The position numbers were made by a program, and so were the translations under genes. DNA of 64,000 nucleotides, taken from the NCBI RefSeq assembly GCF_009914755.1, contig NC_060945.1, one strand, 5' to 3'. The notes under the pieces were generated by a model. That model saw nothing but the letters and a program-made list of their open reading frames with translations. It did not search any database and was not told the origin of the DNA. Of the stretch, positions 56,683 through 64,000 are shown piece after piece (position 1 is the first letter of the stretch; every line of letters starts with the position of its first letter). Source of the DNA: the human T2T-CHM13v2.0 reference genome, Homo sapiens.

Positions 56683-59600
56683 GGCTGGGCACGTGGCTCA
56701 CACCCGGAATCTCAGCACTCTGGGAGGCCGAGGTGGGTGGATCACTTGACGTCAGGAGTTCGAGACCAGCCTGGCCAACATGGTGAAACCCCACCACTAC
56801 TAAAAATACAAAGATTAGCCGGGCGTGGTGGCAGGTGCCTGTCATCCCAGCTACTCTGGTGGCTGAATGAGGCAGAAGAATTGCTGGAACCCAGGAGGCG
56901 GAGGCTGCAGTGAGCCAAGATCGTGCCACTGCACTCCAGCCTGGGCGACAGAGCAAGTCTCTGTCTCAAACAAACAAATAAACAAAAAAACTACTTTTCT
57001 TCTTTTCATTCCTAGCAAAAATCCCCTCTCTGGACAAATACTACTCAAGGTCAGAATCTCCCTTTGCCCCCAGTTTTTCATTGAGGAGGCTGAGGATCTG
57101 AGTCTCTCTCTTTTTTTTTTTTTTGAGATCCAATCCAGTCTCACTCTGTTGCCCAGGCAGGAGTGCAATGGCATGATCTTGGCTCACCACGAGTCTCTTT
57201 CTTAATAACCAACCCCATTACCGGGTCAGGAGAAGCTGCTGCGCTGTGGCTGCATCAGGGCCTAGAGCCGGGCTGCCTGCCTCTGCTGCCCTGTGTGCTG
57301 GCGGATAAGGTAGGGAGGTTTGTTATGCCTCAGTTTCCTTAAAGGTAAAATGGGGTGTCAGTCGTCTCTACCTTGTGGCCTGGTTTTGGTTAATGAACTA
57401 ATCTACACACATAACAAGGGCTCAACAAAGGTTAGCGATGACGTTTCCTGCCAATCTGAGCACCTGCACACTGGAACCCTGTAAACAGTTGAGGGTGGGT
57501 GGCTGACTTCCAGTTCCCTTCAAATGCTTCTCTGAGTGTCTGCGCACCTGCGGCTCTCCAGGGGCTCGACTCAGGTCTCAGTGATCACAGATTCTAATGA
57601 AGAAAGGGTCTGTCTCTGTCATCCAGGCTGGAGTGCAGGGGGCACGTTCATGGCTCACTGCAGCCTCGACTCCCACCTAAGCCTCCTGAGTAGCTGAGAC
57701 TACAGGTGTGCTGGACCACACCCAGCTAATTTTAATTTTGTTGCCCAGGCTGGTCTGTCAGTGAAGTTTTACACCAGTGAGACAAACATAATATTTGGGG
57801 CTCATCTAAAAGCTCAAAGTGAGGCTGAAGGAGCCATCCAATGTTTAAATGAAGAGGTACATCATAATTCATTTTTAATAAGTATGCAGAGCTGGGTGGC
57901 TCATGCCTCTAATCCTGGCATTTTGGGAGGCCAAGGTGAGAGGATCGTTGAAGCCAGGAGTCTGAGAGTGGCCTGGGTAACAGAATGAGACCCCATCTTT
58001 ACTAAATAAATAATAAATAAATAAATAGCTGGGCGTGGTGGTGCATGCTTATAGCCCTAGCTATTTGAGAGGCTGAGGTGGGAGGATCCCTTCAGGGATC
58101 CTGCAGTGAGCTATGATCATACCACTGCACTCCTAGCCTGGGTGACGGGGGGACACCCTTTTTCTAATAGTAATAATAAATTATAAAATATATAAATTAT
58201 AAAATGTGTGCTTATGATAAATCTAAACATTACTACCTAACATACATAGAAATTTTATTGTAATAAAATTTCTTTACCCTTGCCCATTCACTATCATATC
58301 TTCACAGAGCCTTCTGGACTTGTATCTGCCTATGTTGTTTTCTGTTTTTTTTTTTTTTTTATTTGTTTGTTTGTTTTGAGACAGAGTCTCGCTCTGTCGC
58401 CCAGGCCAGAGTGCAATGGCTAGATCTCAGCTCACTGCAACCTCTGCCTCCCGGGTTCAAGCAATTCTTCTGTCTCAGCCTTCTGAGTAACTAGGATTAC
58501 AAGAGAGCACCAGCACGCCCAGCTAATTTTTGTATCTTGTTTTAGCAGAGGTGGAGTTTCACCATGGCTGGTCTGGAACCCCCGACCTCAAGTGATCCAC
58601 CCGCCTTGGCCTCCCAAAGTGCTGGGATTACAGGTGTGAGCCACTGCATCTGGTCTTTTTTTTTTTTTTTTTTTTTGAGATAGAGTCTCACTGTGTCACC
58701 TAGGCTGGAGTGCAGTGGCACAATCTTGACTCACTGCAACCTCTGCCTCCCAGGTTCAAGCAGTTCTCTGCCTTAGCCTCCCGAGTAGCTGGGATTACAG
58801 GCGCCTGCACCACGCCAGGCTAATTTTTTTTTTGTATTTTTAGTAGATACGGGGTTTCACCATCTTGGCCAGTCTAGTCTTGAACTCCTGACCTCGTGAT
58901 CCACCAGCCTCAGCCTCCCAAAGTGCTGGGATTACAGACAGGTGTGAGCCACCGTGCCTGGCCATTTTTTGTTTGTTTGTTTGTTTTAAATAAAGCACAT
59001 CATTGTATATTCACTGCTCTGCACTATTTTTATTTTTTAATTTAACAGATCTTGGAGACTATATCCTATCTGTGTACACAGAATTATCACATCACAACTT
59101 TAGAAAATGTTTTAAATTAAAAATGCTAAATGAATGTTCTAGAGTTTATTTAACCAAGTGTCTGGTTGTTCTCAGGCTTCCTGTGATTATAGGTATAGCT
59201 GTAAGTCAGCACATCCCTGTATCCACACATCCCGTGGTGCCTGTGAGAATTTATCTGTGGCACAGATTACCCAAAATGACATGAGGGGTGAGAGGTTTTA
59301 CAAATGGTGAATTCCACGAGCTTTGCAAATCTTAACTCCTTTTTCAAGAATAAGGGAACTGTGAGTAGGACAGGTGCACGGTACTTTCATTTTATTTTAG
59401 TCTAAGTATTTTCTGAAATAATTTGAGGAGGCTTAAAGGGAGGTGCAAGCTGGGTGCGGGGGCTCATACTTGTAATCCCAGCACTTTGAGAGGAGGAGGT
59501 GGGAGAATACTTGAGCTCAGGAGTTCGAGATCAGCCTGGGCAACACCGTGAGGCCCCATTTCTACAAAAAAAATTTTTTTTAAATTAGCCAGACATGGTG

Positions 59601-59765
59601 GTGTGTGCCTGTGGTCCCAGCTACTTGGGAGGCTGAGGTGGGAGGATCACTTGAGCCCTGGAGTTCAAGGCTTCAGCGAGCTATGATTGTACCACTGCAC
59701 TCCAGGGTGGGCGACAGAGCAAGACCCTGTCTCAATAATAATAAAAATAAAAAAAAAAAAAAGGA
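56683..59765. mobile_element. Alu-rich block: 56683-56990(+), 57105-57190(-), 57603-57755(-), 57890-58165(+), 58345-58655(-), 58656-58963(-), 59448-59765(+)
   Basis: Alu sequence seen directly. Confidence 0.88.
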
Positions 59766-60764
59766 AAAAAAGGGGCACAGTAGACAGTACCAGTACTTGG
59801 TATTTTAAATGGTTTTCAAATGAAGCCCACCCAAGCTCAGCAAGTCCAGCCGGGGCCTGAGGACCTGAGCAGGCGCCAGGTCACACAAGGTACCGGGCGC
59901 AGGAGGCGGAGCCCGCAGCGGGCCCTGCCCTGACAGCGGCACCTGCGCGGCCTCCGCAGGTTCTGGGATCGGCCGCTGGCCAGGTGCAAGGGAGGGGGGA
60001 CGGCAGCCGCTGTCCTGGGGCTGAGAGGGCTCCGCGGTCTGGAGGGGACGGCGTCAGCGCCCGCGGGGGTTCGCAGGGCAGCCCCGGGGCGACCCCCACC
60101 CCCGCCACGGTCAAGTGTCGATACAGTGTTGCCAGCCGGGTGCCAACTATGAATAAGTCCAAGGGCGCGGCACGTGGGCCGAAACGCGATCCTTCCGCGG
60201 AGCCGCTGCGCGCAGGGCCGTCCCCACCGAGCCCGCCGCGCGGCGACCCCTGACGGCGACCCTAAGCCCCGGCCGACCAGGGCAGGAGCTCGCGCGCGAA
60301 ACTTCCCCGGCGCCCGCAGGAGACCCCGGCAGGGGAGATGGCGGGGCCCAGGCAGAGCTCGGAGGCCCCTCCCGGCCCCACCCCGCGCCCCGGCCCCCTC
60401 TGCCCCCGACCCGGTCCGGGGGAGCCCTCGCGGGACCCCAGCCTGGTCCTTCGCCGCCTCCCCCCGTTCAGCCCCGACCCCCCTGATCCCCGCGCCCCCC
60501 GCGGTCCCGGCCCGCCCCCTCCCCCAGCCCGGGCCCCAGCCCCGTCCGTTAGCGGATCCCACGCAGGCTCCGCGCCCGGCCCCGCCGGCGCCCTCGGCCC
60601 ACACCTCTCTCCGCGCGCGTGTCCCGCCGTGTCGCCCCCGTGTCCCCTCCGCGTCCCCCCCCGCGCCGTCCCCCCGCGTCCCCCCCCGCGTCCTTCCCCC
60701 GTGTCCCCCCAGCGTGTCCCTCGGCCGCCCCGCGCGCGCCGGCGGAACTGTGGGATCGCCGCGC

Positions 60765-60840
60765 ACAGGAAGTGGCGGCGGCGGCGCGGCCGAGGGCGGA
60801 GGGCGGAGGGCGGCGGGATGGGGGCCGGGGGCGGCGGGCG
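60765..60840 (+). promoter_or_regulatory. Core promoter motifs: ETS site and tandem GC boxes
   Basis: CAGGAAGTG at 60766-60774; GAGGGCGG x3 at 60792-60813; GGGGGCGG near 60827. Confidence 0.75.
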
Positions 60841-60842
60841 CC

Positions 60843-60967
60843 GCACTCGCTGAGGCCCCGACGCAGGGCCGGGCCGGGCCCAGGGCCGAGGAGCGCGGCG
60901 GCCAGAGCGGGGCCGCGGAGGCGACGCCGGGGACGCCCGCGCGACGAGCAGGTGGCGGCGGCTGCAG
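60843..60967 (+). other. AGPAT3: Non-coding exon 1 (5' UTR) of AGPAT3; intron 1 runs from 60968 past the window end
   Basis: Strong donor CAG|GTGAGC at 60967/60968 just downstream of the ETS/GC boxes; GCACTCGCTGAGGCCCCGACGCAGGG matches my recall of the AGPAT3 mRNA 5' end; TSS approximate. Confidence 0.75.
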
Positions 60968-63900
60968 GTGAGCACCGAGGCCCCCACCCGAGGTCGGGCC
61001 GCCCCCCTCTTCCCCCACGCCCCGCCGCCGCCCGAGGTCGCCCTCCCGCCGCCGGAGGTCGCCCCTGCCCCAGCCGTCCGACCTCGGGCCGCCCGGGGCC
61101 CCGCGCCGCAATGGGCCGGCCGCGCTCCGCGGGGCGCGGGGCCTGGGAAGGCGCGGGGCCGGGAGGAGGTCTGGGCCCGGGTCCTGTGCGCCCCCCGCAA
61201 CCCCGGCCTCCCCGGCGGCCTGGTCCAGCGCGAGGCCCCGGCCGCTTCCCGCAGCAGCCTCGGTGGCGCTGGGCCCAGCGGGGAGGCCCGGGGGTTCGGG
61301 GCGCCCGGGAGGGGCCCGGGCCGGGCCGAGGGAGGGCGAGTGGGTTCCCGCGGGGACGTCCCATCCCTCCGTCCTGGACTCTGCTCCGGGCCCCGCTCGG
61401 CTCCCCCGTGGACAGGACGCGCCCGCCGCCTGGTTTCGGGGCGCGGCGGACCCGGGACCCCCCCCAGGGGCCTCCTCCTCGCGCGCCCAGGCCAAGGGAG
61501 CAGTTTCACTTTTGCCGCTCCGCGCGGGGAGGGCTGCGGGGCCCGGGGTTGGCTGTGGGTTCGGCCCGGAGACCGGCGGCGCGTTTGCACCGGGCGGGTC
61601 AGGGGATGGGGTCAGTCCGGGGGCAAGAGCCGTGGGGGCGAAAACCCACTCCTGGCCACCCCAGGACCCTTGGAACATTGGTCCCAAGTACTTAGGAAAG
61701 GAGGGTTATTAGTATTTGAAGGCAGTTAAAAATGGTGCAGTGTTTTTTTTTTTTTTTTTAACTTTGAGAGAAGTTTAGTGACATGGGGAAAATGCTTTTA
61801 TAAATGGCTTCCCAGACCTTTAAAAAAAAAAAAGCACAATTTTAAAAGCTTTGTCTAGGAGAATACTTGAGCAGTTGGGTTCTTTTTCCTGGGAAACATG
61901 ATCTTAGTAGAAGAAAGATGTGGGCTGTTGGCCTCCAGACAGAGGGTGATGAGCATGCGGCTCTTATTAAAAATGAAAGCCAACGCCGAGAGCCTGCTGG
62001 GGGCTGGGAGGTGGGGCGGGCGGCGGGCCCAGGCTGCTAGAGGGACCCAGGATCCTGCAGCTTTTAAATTGCAGGCGCGGCTGCTCCGACTCGACTCGCT
62101 TAGGAATTGCTGAACTTCGTCTTCTCAGTTTGAAAGCTTCAGAGGGGTCTCCCGAGGATGCTGAGCACTCTCTTGATTTGGCCACTTCTTTGCCGCCCCC
62201 CCTCCCTCTTTCCAACCAATCCTCCTCCCCCACAGAGTTCGGCGTTAGCCTGTGCCTGTTACAACTCGCTTCTTGTATCCATTTCTGGTTAGTCTTAAGT
62301 ATCTTCTTGAGGACATTGTCTAAAAAGCAGCTGCATGCCATTGACATTCAGACAGAACAGGGCCCCTTGGCCTTAGAAGGTGTAGGGGCCTTAAATATTC
62401 TGAAGGTGACTTCATGGAGTGGCCGCCCTCTGTGGTCACCCTACCTGTGCGTGGCCCTGTCCTGGCGTATCTGCCAGGGGGACGCGCTGCAGCAGCCTGA
62501 AGACTGCTGGGTTAAAGGCAGTGTGGCCGGGTGGGAAAGTCCCCAGGAGTGTGGATTCTAGAACAGGCCTTCCTGGAGGGAGGGTGCTGCCCCGCCCCAG
62601 GCTGGGGCCCCAGTGCAGACTCCACGCTGGGGAGCTACACCCTGCGCCTGGACGCGCGTCTGTGTGCCAGGACTGGGGAAGCAAACTGAAAGTAATGGCT
62701 TTATTTTGGAAATTAGAAAAAGAGCATTCACCAAAGTAATCTGTTCCGTCCCTGCCGTAGACACGTGACTGATACACCTGCCTCCCATCCCCTCCGCACT
62801 TTGACCTCGTAAACAAGTGATCTGACACAACAGGGCTTGAGTTACTTGCCCGAGGTTGTGTCACGGAACGGCAGGGCCGCCTTTAGGCTTACATCCCTGG
62901 AACTCCCACCTCCACAGACCCGTCCGGGTGCTGAAAGTCCACGGATGCTATCCCTGGTCAAATCAGAGGTAGGTGGGAAATGTTGGAATTCTCCTAAACA
63001 GGGAAGGGGAAGATCAGAATGTGTGTTTGAGAAGAGCCTGATTTCCTGGATTCCTTTGGAGGAGGGGTGTCCTTAACTTGCCCAATCACATTTACCCTGT
63101 TCATCAATCTTCAGCCCCGCTTAGGCTCTCACATTGCAGACCCCACGGCAGAGCCCCTAGTGCTTGGCACTGAAGAGCCAGTGCAGGCCCGTTGTCACCA
63201 TCAAAACCCACCTCTGGTAAATTCAATGGCTTCTGCTTCCACGCTTTGCCCCCCCTCTCTGGCCTTGTCAAAAACTCTTGTGATGTCCCTGTTATAAGGT
63301 ATCGCCGGTGGACTGGTGTTTCTAGATCGCAGCGTGGGACGTGATTGGCTACATTTGACTGTTTCCTTTTTAATGACTTGTTTAATGTGAGATCTTTAGC
63401 TGCTCCATCTCATTGCAAGATTTTTGTTACAGTAAAGTTGGACTGAGTTTTCTAAAGACAGTTGCTCAGAAATTTCATGGGAATTTACTTTTGGTTAACC
63501 GAAGAGTGTTTGGGGTTTTAAACGGGTCGTTTCAAGTGGTAAAGTAACATGACCACGAGGCGTCTGTCCTTCCTAAAACCACTTCATCATAATTTCAAGA
63601 TTGATTCTAAATTACCAATTTCAAAGCGCTGCATTTTAGGCAAGTGCATTAATCGTTCACCTTCTGACAGGCTTTCATGTAGTCATTTACAAGCGGCCAT
63701 GTTTTGATTATCTTTGTCAAGCAAAGTGCAGGAGACAGGCAGTCTCATAACCTTGGGGCAGTGTCTGTGTTTAGTTTTGGAGGCGGGAAGGCCGAGTTGA
63801 TGGTGAAAGTTGGCCATTCTTTCTGCAGGGCCAAAGTCTGTACCTGGCTATTAGGGTGCATGGATGCTGGGGTTAAATTGGCCACGTCTTTTCCCAAGCC

Positions 63901-64000
63901 TAGGTAGAAGGATTGCAGATAGGATATGTTTTAAATGTTACTGGTGGTGAATTGAAAGCAACACAACTATCCTTCAGTGTGTGACTGGCAGAAATCTACC

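Larger units (their letters stand above)
59890..61640. promoter_or_regulatory. AGPAT3: CpG island / TATA-less promoter
   Basis: Extreme GC content with dense CpG over about 1.7 kb, free of interspersed repeats; gene identity from recall of the exon-1 sequence and locus order. Confidence 0.9.

Noticed and set aside
59837-61729. Long ORFs (616, 442, 358, 271, 265, 253 aa) over the CpG island
   Set aside because: Open in nearly all frames because extreme GC content depletes stop codons; low-complexity G/A/P/R with no domain

Overview
Human-type (primate) genomic DNA: GC-rich, very Alu-dense, with no intact protein-coding exon that I can support. From sequence recall and landmark order it is most likely chr21q22.3: the distal 3' end of RRP1, the lncRNA AATBC (minus strand, about 1.4-8.2 kb), an intergenic repeat-rich block, a MYL6 processed pseudogene (51.3-52.0 kb) and the AGPAT3 CpG-island promoter with non-coding exon 1 (about 60.8-61.0 kb). 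These gene names rest on memory, not a database search. Almost all ORFs in the supplied track are Alu-, SVA-, VNTR- or CpG-island-derived and are probably spurious. I found no new gene system. The most informative structure is retrotransposon history that can be read directly from the sequence: (1) an SVA carrying a 3'-transduced MLT1D LTR fragment with a perfect 69-bp internal duplication, inserted at the same target site as an AluY inside an old FLAM; (2) a MER41B/MER41A LTR pair upstream of the promoter, where the MER41B STAT1 GAS sites are altered to a STAT6-type N4 site; (3) a 17-copy 31-bp VNTR built from overlapping RSS-heptamer, GATA and ERE-like motifs; (4) a 45-bp copy of an Alu-flank junction; (5) many nascent 2-3-copy tandem duplications, several in MaLR LTRs; (6) a 3'-truncated U6 retrocopy. 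Repeat subfamily names come from eyeballed diagnostic positions, and boundaries of old repeats are approximate.
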